The notes beneath the pieces were generated by a model. It ran no database searches and was not told the origin of the DNA. It worked only from the letters and a program-made list of their open reading frames with translations. From Chitinophagaceae bacterium (GTDB lineage Bacteria > Bacteroidota > Bacteroidia > Chitinophagales > Chitinophagaceae): a stretch of 64,000 bases of DNA. Made by a program: the position numbers and the translations under genes. The stretch covers positions 2,514-66,513 of the forward strand of contig JBBAJN010000002.1 in NCBI GenBank assembly GCA_040404045.1, in the 5' to 3' direction. Positions 9,738 to 18,290 of the stretch are shown here, piece by piece (positions within the stretch are counted from its first letter, which is position 1; every line of letters begins with the position of its first letter).

Positions 9738-10265
9738 TTAGTTAGGAAGTTTATCCCTGAAATAGCCATAGACCCAGGTACCGGCTATAGCGCTGACCAG
9801 AGAAACAATGATCACGGTAGCGCCCGTGCCGATCTGCGCAAACAGTGGTCCTGGGCAAGCACCCGTCATTGCCCAACCCAGTCCAAATATCAATCCGCCA
9901 TAGACCTGGCCTTTGTTGAACTTCTTATCGGGGATAACGATCTTTTCACCATAAATGGTTTTGATATTGAATTTCTTGATCAACAATACAGAGATCATGC
10001 CCACGGCTATGGCAGAGCCGATCACCCCAAACATGTGAAAGCTTTGCAGGCGGAACATCTCTTGTATCCTGAACCAGGAGATCACCTGTGACTTCACCAG
10101 CGCAATACCAAAAAGGATGCCCATGATGAGATATTTCATCAAATGCCACCAGGGTTGGTGTTCTTCCATATTGTTCACACACTGCGCATCCAGCGACCGC
10201 GTCTCAAAGTCTGTATTCTCTTCAAACTTTTTCGCTTTTTCCAAAAATTCTGTAGTAGGCTGCAT
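9738..10265 (-). CDS. YeeE/YedE-family sulfur-compound transporter half (DUF6691-like)
   Basis: KSQVISWFRIQEMFRLQSFHMFGVIGSA and GWAMTGACPGP; 4-5 TM segments. Start uncertain. Confidence 0.85.
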   Translation of the reverse strand: MQPTTEFLEKAKKFEENTDFETRSLDAQCVNNMEEHQPWWHLMKYLIMGILFGIALVKSQVISWFRIQEMFRLQSFHMFGVIGSAIAVGMISVLLIKKFNIKTIYGEKIVIPDKKFNKGQVYGGLIFGLGWAMTGACPGPLFAQIGTGATVIIVSLVSAIAGTWVYGYFRDKLPN

Positions 10266-10275
10266 CTGTAATTTT

Positions 10276-10839
10276 TTAGAGTTTCATAATGAAGGGCAGG
10301 ATCAGGTTTGCCATAAGGAAGCCGCCCGCCATAAAACAACAGGTTGCTATCACAGAAGGCCACTGCATACTGGATATACCCATGATCGCATGACCAGAGG
10401 TGCAACCACCGGCGTATCGTGTTCCAAATCCAACCAGGAAACCACCCACCACCATCAGGATAAATCCGCGGGCAGTGAATAAGGCTGGCCAGTTGAAGAC
10501 TTCAGCGGGAACCATGTTCCGATAGTCTGTCACCCCATAACTGCTCAGCTCACTGGCCAAGGCAGGGTTCACGTGAACCGCTTCGGGATCGGACAACAGG
10601 AAAGTGGTCAGCACAGCGCCAACGATAATGCCAGCCACAAAGAGCAGGTTCCAGGCTTCTTTTTGCCATTCATATTTGAAGAAAGAAATGTTTGCCGGGA
10701 TACAGGCAGCGCAAACATGCCTGAGCGAGGACGAGATGCCAAAGGTTCGATTACCCAATATCAGCAGGATGGGAACCGTTGAACCGATGAGGGGACCTGC
10801 CACATACCATGGCCAGGGATGCTTTAACCATTCTAACAT
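10276..10839 (-). CDS. YeeE/YedE-family sulfur-compound transporter half
   Basis: PWPWYVAGPLIG, FGISSSLRHVCAAC, FLVGFGTRYAGGCTSGHAI. Confidence 0.88.
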   Translation of the reverse strand: MLEWLKHPWPWYVAGPLIGSTVPILLILGNRTFGISSSLRHVCAACIPANISFFKYEWQKEAWNLLFVAGIIVGAVLTTFLLSDPEAVHVNPALASELSSYGVTDYRNMVPAEVFNWPALFTARGFILMVVGGFLVGFGTRYAGGCTSGHAIMGISSMQWPSVIATCCFMAGGFLMANLILPFIMKL

Positions 10840-10859
10840 ATGATTGAATTTATATGACT

Positions 10860-10905
10860 ACAAAATACCTAATAATTAACTAAGGGGAAAGTGACGATTA
10901 TCACA
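10860..10905 (-). promoter_or_regulatory. yeeE-yeeE-tsdA-soxB promoter: CRP-like box AGTGA-CGATTA-TCACA (10890-10905) and -7-like TATTTTGT (10867-10860)
   Basis: 9/10 match to TGTGA-N6-TCACA, overlapping the porin stop codon and 23 nt from the -7-like element. Confidence 0.72.
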
Positions 10906-12325
10906 GACGATAGTTAATGATAAAGTTAAAGTGATGCATATTCACCTTATTGATGATCAGGCGGGCGTTTTCCGGGCTTTCAGCAGCTGGCTTATAAGTA
11001 TACAGCAATTCCATCTGAAGGCCTTTCCAGAATCCGGTGAAATGGTAGTTGAGATCAATCAGGAATTGGTGATAGGAAGGCATGGCATATTTATTCAACG
11101 CCACATTGCCGGTCCCCGGGAGTTTATAATAACCGTAACTGATCTCAGACCGAAAGTTTTTTTTCCATTCCTGGTGCAGGTTCACCGAAACTGCATGAAC
11201 ATCGCCGGACCCTTCGTTCCTTTCCCTTTTGATGAAGGTATACATGGGCTCACGGCCCCACTCGCGCGGGAACAGGAAGCGTCCATCAGCGGTGATGCGG
11301 GTATAGTTCAACAGCAGTTTCGACTTCATCACCTGGTAACCCAGACGGCCAGAGATCACGTTCGATTTTTGCCGGGGATCAAAATAGGTTTTCGACAACG
11401 AATCATTCCCCCCACCGTTGATAGCGTTCTGGTGGATGTATTGCAGGCCTGCCAGCAAAGCGGTTTTGGACGATAATGCCCATTTAGCATCAGACTGAAG
11501 CATCACGGTATTAAAGATATTGTCCGTGTAGTATTCCCAGCCTTGTATCGTCCAGTCCGGCTTCAACTCATACGTGAGGCCTAGTACACCTACTCCAGAC
11601 GAATTCAGGTTAGCTTTGTAGTTACTTCTCTTGCCATCGGTTCCGAATCCCGAGGGGTAAATACCCATAGATTCATCCACTCCAAACCATCTTACTGTTC
11701 CTCTTGGTGATATTTTTGAGATCCATCCACCCTGTAGCCTTAGTCGCGGTATCTCATGCATATCGATCCAAAGCCCTTGCTCGCCCGTAGGCCGCATCCT
11801 GCCATCCTGGGGATTGATGAACGGCGTGTTGATGTTTTGCTTACCGAAGGTCAATGAGGATTTCCTGTAATGATATCTGATGTTGAAATCTTCCAGCCTG
11901 TCCATATCATTCTTATTCTCAAAATCTTCCATATCGAACTGGCCCACTTCGTAGCGGTTGAATGCTCCGGTAGCAGGGTCGGGTTTTGCGAGGTCAGAAG
12001 ATGCCAGGTTCCAGACAAAAAAACCACCTACAGTAAATTGGAAGCCCTTGTAAATACCGGTCTGGTATTTGAGTCCGCCACCAAAAGCATAGGCATAGTA
12101 ATCAGTCAGTTCTTTTTCATTCTGAGTAGTCATGTAGTACAACCTCAGGTGCAAATCCATTTCACTGCCCTTTTTCAGCGCATAAGTCAGAGTAGTGGTG
12201 TCCTGCGGCTGGCCTTCGCGATGCGCATGCCCGCCGCCGTCAGCCACAAAAGGCCCCGGGTTTTGTGCCCATGAAAAAAATGGCAGACACAGCCATGCGG
12301 ATATGAACAATAGAATGACCTTCAC
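10901..12325 (-). CDS. Outer-membrane beta-barrel porin (OprD-like)
   Basis: Signal peptide (GTG start, ..FSWA/Q), alternating amphipathic beta-strand pattern, C-terminal FNFIINYRL. Confidence 0.7.
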   Translation of the reverse strand: MKVILLFISAWLCLPFFSWAQNPGPFVADGGGHAHREGQPQDTTTLTYALKKGSEMDLHLRLYYMTTQNEKELTDYYAYAFGGGLKYQTGIYKGFQFTVGGFFVWNLASSDLAKPDPATGAFNRYEVGQFDMEDFENKNDMDRLEDFNIRYHYRKSSLTFGKQNINTPFINPQDGRMRPTGEQGLWIDMHEIPRLRLQGGWISKISPRGTVRWFGVDESMGIYPSGFGTDGKRSNYKANLNSSGVGVLGLTYELKPDWTIQGWEYYTDNIFNTVMLQSDAKWALSSKTALLAGLQYIHQNAINGGGNDSLSKTYFDPRQKSNVISGRLGYQVMKSKLLLNYTRITADGRFLFPREWGREPMYTFIKRERNEGSGDVHAVSVNLHQEWKKNFRSEISYGYYKLPGTGNVALNKYAMPSYHQFLIDLNYHFTGFWKGLQMELLYTYKPAAESPENARLIINKVNMHHFNFIINYRL

Positions 12326-12392
12326 GATCTGGGTGATTAGATTTTATTGGCCTGGAGAAAATTTGCCGTCTTCGGTAGCCGGCTCCTTATAT

Positions 12393-12420
12393 GGAAGGTT
12401 AAAGAAGGAAGGTTAAAGAA
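12393..12420. repeat. Perfect 14-bp tandem duplication GGAAGGTTAAAGAA x2
   Basis: Read directly at 12393-12406 and 12407-12420. Confidence 0.9.
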
Positions 12421-12444
12421 AGGGGGAAGTAGAAACATCCCCCT
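12415..12444 (-). terminator. Intrinsic terminator downstream of the MBL-rhodanese gene
   Basis: Minus strand AGGGGGA-tgtttctact-TCCCCCT followed by TTCTTT. Confidence 0.75.
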
Positions 12445-12475
12445 GTTTAATCCTCAAACACACTAATGAAAAAAC

Positions 12476-13891
12476 TTATAGTAACGTAGACGGGCAAACG
12501 TAATCAGTCACTTTGAACTTGCCCGACTCCTTGATCGCCTTGAATCCGCCCTTAACGTCAACGAGGTTATCGTAGCCCCTTGCACGAAGGGTGGAGATAA
12601 AGATCATTGACCTGTATCCGCCTGCGCAATGCACATAGTAGGTTTGGTTCTTATTGATCTGCTGCATGCTGTCGTTGATGAAATCCAACGGTGCGTTCTC
12701 AGCATCCACAATATGTTCTGAATCATATTCACTTTTCTTTCTTACATCGAGCACATTCGCTCCCTGGGCGACCAGTCCCTGCAGTTCATCTACTTCTACC
12801 TGCTGGATCATATCCACTTCCTGGCCGGAACGCTGCCAGGCATCGAAGCCTCCTTCGAGGTAGCCTATACAAAAATCATAGCCCACCCTCGCCAGCCTTG
12901 TCACTACTTCCTCTTCACGCCCGGGTTCTGTGATGATCAGGATCTGCTGCTTGATATCCGGGATCATGGCACCCACCCAAGGTGCGAAGCTTCCGTCGAT
13001 GCCGATATTCACACTGTTGGGAACAAAGCCTTTGGCAAAATCCTCTGGCTTCCTGGTATCCAGGATCAGGGCTCCGGTTTCATTGGCTGCCGCTTCAAAT
13101 GCTGCGGGTGAGAGTGCGTGCTGGCCGCGCTTCAAGACATCCTTGATACTGTCGTACCCCTGGATGTTCATCAACACATTCATTGGGAAATAGGAAGGTG
13201 GCGCTACCAGACCGGTCAGTACTTCTTTCTTAAATGCATCCCTGGTCAATGCGGGGTTAAGCGCATAATTGGTTGATTTCTGGTGGCCAAGGGTATCCGT
13301 AGTTTCTTTGCTCATGTTCTTGCCACAGGCGCTACCGGCACCGTGCGCAGGATACACGATGATATCGTTTGCAAGCGGCATGATCTTGTTTCTCAGGGAA
13401 TCATATAAATGCCCTGCGAGAATATCTTCTGTGAGTTCTGCTTTTACTTTTTGGGCGAGGTCAGGACGGCCCACATCACCGATGAAGAGGGTATCTCCTG
13501 AGAACAAACCGATTTCCTTACCCTGCTCATCGATCAGCAGGAAACAGGTGGATTCCATGGTATGTCCGGGTGTATGAATCACCTTGATCAATACATCGCC
13601 TAATCTGAGGATCTCGCCATCGGCAGCAATGTGCGCATCAAAGGATGGTGCTGCAGTAGGGCCATACACAATGGTTGCGCCGGTTTCTTTAGCGAGGTCA
13701 ATGTGTCCGGAAACGAAATCAGCATGGAAGTGGGTTTCCAATACATACTTGATGACGGCACCATCTTTCTTAGCCCGCTCGATGTAAGGTGCTACTTCGC
13801 GCAGCGGATCGATGACCGCAGCTTCGCCCTTGCTCTCGATGTAATAGGCTCCCTGTGCCAGACATCCTGTATAGATTTGCTCTACTTTCAT
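12476..13891 (-). CDS. Persulfide dioxygenase-type MBL-fold hydrolase fused to rhodanese domains (CstB-like)
   Basis: ETHFHADFVSGH, HTPGHT, FSGDTLFIGDVGRPDL, PAHGAGSACGK; C-terminal rhodanese DVRKKSEY...VHCAGGYRS. Start 13891 or 13900. Confidence 0.9.
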   Translation of the reverse strand: MKVEQIYTGCLAQGAYYIESKGEAAVIDPLREVAPYIERAKKDGAVIKYVLETHFHADFVSGHIDLAKETGATIVYGPTAAPSFDAHIAADGEILRLGDVLIKVIHTPGHTMESTCFLLIDEQGKEIGLFSGDTLFIGDVGRPDLAQKVKAELTEDILAGHLYDSLRNKIMPLANDIIVYPAHGAGSACGKNMSKETTDTLGHQKSTNYALNPALTRDAFKKEVLTGLVAPPSYFPMNVLMNIQGYDSIKDVLKRGQHALSPAAFEAAANETGALILDTRKPEDFAKGFVPNSVNIGIDGSFAPWVGAMIPDIKQQILIITEPGREEEVVTRLARVGYDFCIGYLEGGFDAWQRSGQEVDMIQQVEVDELQGLVAQGANVLDVRKKSEYDSEHIVDAENAPLDFINDSMQQINKNQTYYVHCAGGYRSMIFISTLRARGYDNLVDVKGGFKAIKESGKFKVTDYVCPSTLL

Positions 13892-13911
13892 AAGAATCAT
13901 TTTACGGTTTA

Positions 13912-13956
13912 CAAATTTCTGAAGTTGAAAGCTCTTTAACTATGACATTTGTCACA
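13912..13956 (-). promoter_or_regulatory. MBL-rhodanese promoter: CRP-like box TATGA-CATTTG-TCACA (13941-13956) and -7-like GAAATTTG (13919-13912)
   Basis: Same 22-nt spacing as the sqr and tauE promoters; the -7 element has one mismatch. Confidence 0.62.
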
Positions 13957-13971
13957 GAATGAGATAATATT

Positions 13972-14772
13972 TTACTGGAAGAATAACTCCTTGACAATGA
14001 TGTAGAGACCCATCACCATTACAAACCAGCCGAACCCTTTTTTGAGCGTCGTTGGATTGATTTTTCTATTAAAGGAGTTTCCTATAAATAGACCTATGAT
14101 GGCCAGTGCAGTTACGCTGAGCAGTAGCTTCCAATCCATCACCGTATGCGACATATCTCCCAAAAAGCCGATCAGGGATTTCATGGCGATGATCAACAGG
14201 GAAGTACCCACGGCCTGTTTCATCGGCAGTTTGCTGAGGATCACCAGGGCGGGAATGATCAGGAATCCGCCGCCAGCGCCCACCAATCCAGTCAGGCCGC
14301 CCACCAGGACGCCTTCCAGCATGATCAGGGGATAATTGAACTCCTGTGGCTGCACCGCCTCCTTATCCATGGCGGTAGCTTTGTCGCGGATCATACTGAT
14401 AGATGCTGCGGTCATGAGCACCGCGAACAGGAGCATGATCACCAGTGGTTTAGAAAATTCAAACGATCCGATGGTCATGATGTGTTCCGGAATGGCCGGT
14501 ACGATCCATTTGCGGGTGGCATAGACGGACACGATCGAAGGAATGCCGAAAATGATGGCCGTCTTCATGTTCACCATACCCTCCTTATACTTAGGGAAAA
14601 CGCCAACCAGACTGGTTGCGCCAACAATGAACAGGGAATAAGCCGTTGCCAAAACCGGATCGATATGGAACAGGTAAACCAAAACAGGCACGGTGAGGAT
14701 GGAACCTCCTCCTCCGATGAGTCCCAGGGAAATGCCAATGATCAGTGATGCCAGGTATCCAATTATTTCCAT
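13972..14772 (-). CDS. Sulfite exporter TauE/SafE family
   Basis: LGLIGGGGSILTVPVLVY, GLVGAGGGFLIIPALV, KQAVGTSL; about 8 TM segments. Confidence 0.92.
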   Translation of the reverse strand: MEIIGYLASLIIGISLGLIGGGGSILTVPVLVYLFHIDPVLATAYSLFIVGATSLVGVFPKYKEGMVNMKTAIIFGIPSIVSVYATRKWIVPAIPEHIMTIGSFEFSKPLVIMLLFAVLMTAASISMIRDKATAMDKEAVQPQEFNYPLIMLEGVLVGGLTGLVGAGGGFLIIPALVILSKLPMKQAVGTSLLIIAMKSLIGFLGDMSHTVMDWKLLLSVTALAIIGLFIGNSFNRKINPTTLKKGFGWFVMVMGLYIIVKELFFQ

Positions 14773-14775
14773 GAT

Positions 14776-14821
14776 GCAAAGCTAACGCGACCGATTTCCC
14801 TGAACGGTGACAGAAATCACT
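14776..14821 (-). promoter_or_regulatory. tauE promoter: CRP-like box GGTGA-CAGAAA-TCACT (14806-14821) and perfect -7 element TAGCTTTG (14784-14777)
   Basis: 22-nt spacing between box and -7; the -7 element ends 4 nt before the ATG. Confidence 0.75.
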
Positions 14822-14830
14822 AAAGAGGGA

Positions 14831-15460
14831 TCATATCAGAACCTCAATGCTGTTGCGGTGGAGGGCTACCATTTGGTTTCTCTCCATTTTCTTAAGCAGA
14901 CGGGAGATGACTTCCCTCGAAGAGCTAAGATCATGGGCGATCTGCTGGTGGGTGAGATTAAGGTGTTTGCCCAATTTATCAGTCTGCTGTTTGAGATACC
15001 ACTCCAGCCTTTCGTCCATGTTCTTGAAAGCGATGTTATCGATCACCACCAGCAGTTCTTCAAATCTTGAACGATAGGTCTCCAATACGAAATAATACCA
15101 GCCTTTATGATGGGTCATTAATTCATCCATGTACCGTATGGGGATCATCAGCACTTCTGTTTCCTCCACCGCCATGGCCATGATCTGGCTGGCCTGGTTT
15201 CGGGTGGCGCAGATCATGCTCAGGGCGCAGGCGTTACCCCCTTCCAGAAAATACATGAAGAATTCACTGCCTTCGTCGCTTTCCCTGTACAGTTTTACTT
15301 TGCCACTGATGATGAGCATTGTAGCCTTGAAGTACTGGCCCGTCTTCATCATTATTTCCCCTTCACCAAAAGTTCTCCGTTCAGAAATACCGGCAATAAA
15401 AGCAGCCAGCTTTGAATCAAAAATCGGGAATATTTTCTGAAGTTCTTCGGGAGTGTCCAT
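14831..15460 (-). CDS. Crp/Fnr-family transcriptional regulator
   Basis: cNMP-like beta-roll (IISGKVKLYRE...YFLEGG), C-helix MDERLEWYL, HTH LTHQQIAHDLSSSREVISRLL; Cys pair in NACALSMICA. Confidence 0.93.
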   Translation of the reverse strand: MDTPEELQKIFPIFDSKLAAFIAGISERRTFGEGEIMMKTGQYFKATMLIISGKVKLYRESDEGSEFFMYFLEGGNACALSMICATRNQASQIMAMAVEETEVLMIPIRYMDELMTHHKGWYYFVLETYRSRFEELLVVIDNIAFKNMDERLEWYLKQQTDKLGKHLNLTHQQIAHDLSSSREVISRLLKKMERNQMVALHRNSIEVLI

Positions 15461-15543
15461 GGAGCAAGCGTTTTAGAAGATTAGGGTGTGCCACTCAAAT
15501 GTACTGCTTTAAGAGAAGTTAAAAAATGTCGCCACTCATCAGC

Positions 15544-17412
15544 TCAACGGCCCATATAAACCATCAGGATCTGGACGTCGCTTGGGTTGATCCCAGAGAT
15601 CCTCGATGCCTGACCCAGTGTGCGCGGTTTGATGCGGTTCAATTTTTCACGCGCTTCATTGCTGATCGCCTGTACTTTTTTATAATCGAAGGCTGCTGGT
15701 ATTTCCAGTTCTTCCAGTTGGCTCATCCTGGAAACCAGTTCTTTCTCTTTACCGATATAGATATCGTATTTCACTTGTATCTCTGCCTGTTGCAGGTGAT
15801 CCCTGCTTTCCTGCCCGAGCGCTTTGTTCACGGTAGGAATGTGGGCCATCAGTTCCTCTAATGAAATATTTGGTCGGAGTACGATCTGCCCCAGCTTTTG
15901 CTTTTGGGTAAGTCCTGCTGATTCTTTGGACTCCAGGAATGCATTGGCTTCTGCTGGGTCAACCGTCAGTTCGGCCATGATCTTCTTGATCCTTTCCACG
16001 GCATCCTGCTTAGCAGTGACGGCCTCCATCCGGTCTTCTTTTGCCAGTCCCAGATCAAAACTACGCTTCGTGAGGCGCATATCGGCATTATCCTGCCGAA
16101 GAAGGGTCCTGTATTCGGCCCTGCTTGTAAACATCCTATAAGGCTCCTCAGTGCCTTTACTGATCAAATCGTCGATCAGCACCCCAATATAGGCCTCACT
16201 TCGCTTCAGGATCAGTGGTTCCTGTTCCCTGACTTTCAGGTGAGCGTTCATTCCGGCCATTAGTCCCTGGCAGGCAGCCTCTTCATAACCGGTGGTCCCG
16301 TTGATCTGTCCAGCAAAGAACAAATTAGCTAACTGCTTGGTTTCCAATGAGTAATGAAGTTGGGTGGGCGGAAAATAGTCGTACTCAATGGCGTATCCCG
16401 GCCTGAACATCCGGCAGTTTTCAAAACCCGGGACCCGCCTCAGGGCGGCAAACTGAACGTCCTCAGGAAGAGAAGTTGAAAAGCCGTTTACATAGATCTC
16501 GATGGTATTCCAGCCTTCCGGCTCTACAAACAGCTGGTGCCTTTCACGCTCCGCAAACCGATTGATCTTGTCCTCTATGCTGGGACAATACCGGGGGCCT
16601 ACGCCTTCGATTCGCCCTGCATACATCGGACTTCTGTCGAACCCTGTTTTTAGGATGTCGTGCACCGACTGGTCCGTATATGTGATCCAACAACTCCTTT
16701 GTTCTGAAGGCTTTATTCTTTCTATGTCCTTGTAAGAAAACCCACTGATCTCCTCATCACCTTTCTGCTCCTCCATTTTTGAATAGTCCAACGACCGTCC
16801 ATCTATCCGGGGCGGTGTGCCAGTTTTAAGCCTGTCGCTTTCAAACCCTAATTCAAGAAGTTGCTCGGTAATGCCGGTTGCTGCCTTCTCGGCCATCCTT
16901 CCTCCGCCAAACTGCTTTTCCCCAATGTGTATCAAGCCGTTAAGAAAGGTTCCATTGGTCAGCACCACGGCTTTTGACTCAATATGATGCCCCAAGCCTG
17001 TGATTACACCCTGGCAACGACCGTCTTTAACAATTAGCCCATTGACCATATCCTGGTAAAAGTCAATGTTCGGTGTGCCCTCAAGCATTTCCCGCCACCT
17101 CTGGGAGAACAGCATCCGGTCACTTTGTGCCCTTGGACTCCACATGGCGGGGCCCTTGGACTTGTTGAGCATCCGGAATTGGATCATGGTTTGATCCGTC
17201 ACGATGCCGGAATAGCCTCCCATGGCGTCAATCTCCCGCACAATCTGGCCCTTTGCAATACCACCCATGGCTGGATTACAGCTCATTTGGGCAATGGTCT
17301 GCAGATTCATGGTCACCAGCAAAACTTTACTCCCCATGTTGGCTGCTGCTGCTGCGGCTTCGCATCCAGCATGGCCTGCACCTACTACTATGACATCGTA
17401 TCTCGGAAACAT
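15544..17412 (-). CDS. mnmG: tRNA uridine-5-carboxymethylaminomethyl(34) synthesis enzyme MnmG (GidA)
   Basis: VIVVGAGHAGCEAA, MSCNPAMGGIAKGQIVREIDA, GPRYCPSIEDK, FFAGQINGTTGYEEAA, FTSRAEYR. Confidence 0.98.
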   Translation of the reverse strand: MFPRYDVIVVGAGHAGCEAAAAAANMGSKVLLVTMNLQTIAQMSCNPAMGGIAKGQIVREIDAMGGYSGIVTDQTMIQFRMLNKSKGPAMWSPRAQSDRMLFSQRWREMLEGTPNIDFYQDMVNGLIVKDGRCQGVITGLGHHIESKAVVLTNGTFLNGLIHIGEKQFGGGRMAEKAATGITEQLLELGFESDRLKTGTPPRIDGRSLDYSKMEEQKGDEEISGFSYKDIERIKPSEQRSCWITYTDQSVHDILKTGFDRSPMYAGRIEGVGPRYCPSIEDKINRFAERERHQLFVEPEGWNTIEIYVNGFSTSLPEDVQFAALRRVPGFENCRMFRPGYAIEYDYFPPTQLHYSLETKQLANLFFAGQINGTTGYEEAACQGLMAGMNAHLKVREQEPLILKRSEAYIGVLIDDLISKGTEEPYRMFTSRAEYRTLLRQDNADMRLTKRSFDLGLAKEDRMEAVTAKQDAVERIKKIMAELTVDPAEANAFLESKESAGLTQKQKLGQIVLRPNISLEELMAHIPTVNKALGQESRDHLQQAEIQVKYDIYIGKEKELVSRMSQLEELEIPAAFDYKKVQAISNEAREKLNRIKPRTLGQASRISGINPSDVQILMVYMGR

Positions 17413-17450
17413 CGGGGCAAAATTACGAACGTAAGACCGATAAACGCATC

Positions 17451-17466
17451 TGTTCCACGTGGAACT
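17451..17466. promoter_or_regulatory. parS site (TGTTCCACGTGGAACT)
   Basis: 15/16 match to the palindromic parS consensus; intergenic upstream of mnmG. Confidence 0.85.
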
Positions 17467-17602
17467 TATGACTGTACCCCGCGAAAGGAGGTCTTATAGT
17501 TCAAGCCTGACCAGCAAATCGGGCTGCCTTGAAGCGATCTTCCAGGGCACTCACTGATGCTCCTGTTAAGCTTGAGCGGGGAGGCGCAGACCCGCAGGCG
17601 GG

Positions 17603-17618
17603 TGTTCCACGTGGAACA
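17603..17618. promoter_or_regulatory. parS site (TGTTCCACGTGGAACA)
   Basis: Perfect 16-bp palindrome matching the parS consensus; intergenic. Confidence 0.92.
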
Positions 17619-17633
17619 AGCTGACTTATGGCC

Positions 17634-18290
17634 TTATTGCTTACAACTAAACTGCTGAACAACAACCAGTCGGTTGCCCGCCATGTATGAGATCCCTATC
17701 CCCATCTCCCTGAACTGGGGGTTGAGCAGGGCAACCCTGTGTCCTGCACCGGGCACTCCCTTATCTATCAGCAACAGGATCAATCCCATAAGGGCATCAT
17801 CCTGCCCATCGAACAGGTTCTCACCAGCGCAGTTTTCTATCCCGGCCTCTTCCATACGCTTCTGAAACCCCTTTCCTCCACGCCCATTATGGCTTAGGGA
17901 GCCCTTATGGGCAAGAAAACTTGCCTGCTCTTGGGCCGGCCCCATTAACTTACTTGATATCTGTAACTCTGGAAGGGTATTGGTAGCCCTCATCTCCCGA
18001 ACCAGGGCATTTGCCTCGTTGGATTCCGCCTCAGGGAACTGTTCAAGGAAAGGCTTTACAAAGCGTGCCTGAAAAGCAGAAGGATCTTTGCGCATTAGGT
18101 TAATCCAGTAAAGCATCTCTTTACCCCTGGGATGAATCGTTTCGTACCCGATCTGCCTCTCCAACCGGCCGAGCACGGCAGTATCAGGCTTCCGGTCTAC
18201 CTGAAATGGCCTAGCTGGTAGCACAACAGAGCCTTGCCCAAAAACAAAGCAGGCCGCCAGGAGTAAGGGAACAAGAAGCAAATGTTTCAC
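17634..18290 (-). CDS. CAP (SCP-like) domain secreted protein
   Basis: Signal peptide; YWINLMR, LSHNG, AGENL, PGAGHRVALLNPQFREMGIG. Confidence 0.8.
   Translation of the reverse strand: MKHLLLVPLLLAACFVFGQGSVVLPARPFQVDRKPDTAVLGRLERQIGYETIHPRGKEMLYWINLMRKDPSAFQARFVKPFLEQFPEAESNEANALVREMRATNTLPELQISSKLMGPAQEQASFLAHKGSLSHNGRGGKGFQKRMEEAGIENCAGENLFDGQDDALMGLILLLIDKGVPGAGHRVALLNPQFREMGIGISYMAGNRLVVVQQFSCKQ

Noticed and set aside
12322-12336. TCAC-N7-GTGA near the porin start as a fifth Crp box
   Set aside because: Half-sites are inverted relative to the other four, spacing is wrong, and there is no linked -7 element.
8730-12475. Hidden small soxY/soxZ genes in sulfur-cluster gaps
   Set aside because: Gaps are at most about 150 nt, and I found no ORF ending in a GGCGG-type arm.
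17467-17602. GC-richer intergenic stretch between the parS sites as an ncRNA
   Set aside because: No recognisable RNA family motif, promoter-terminator pair or convincing long stem.
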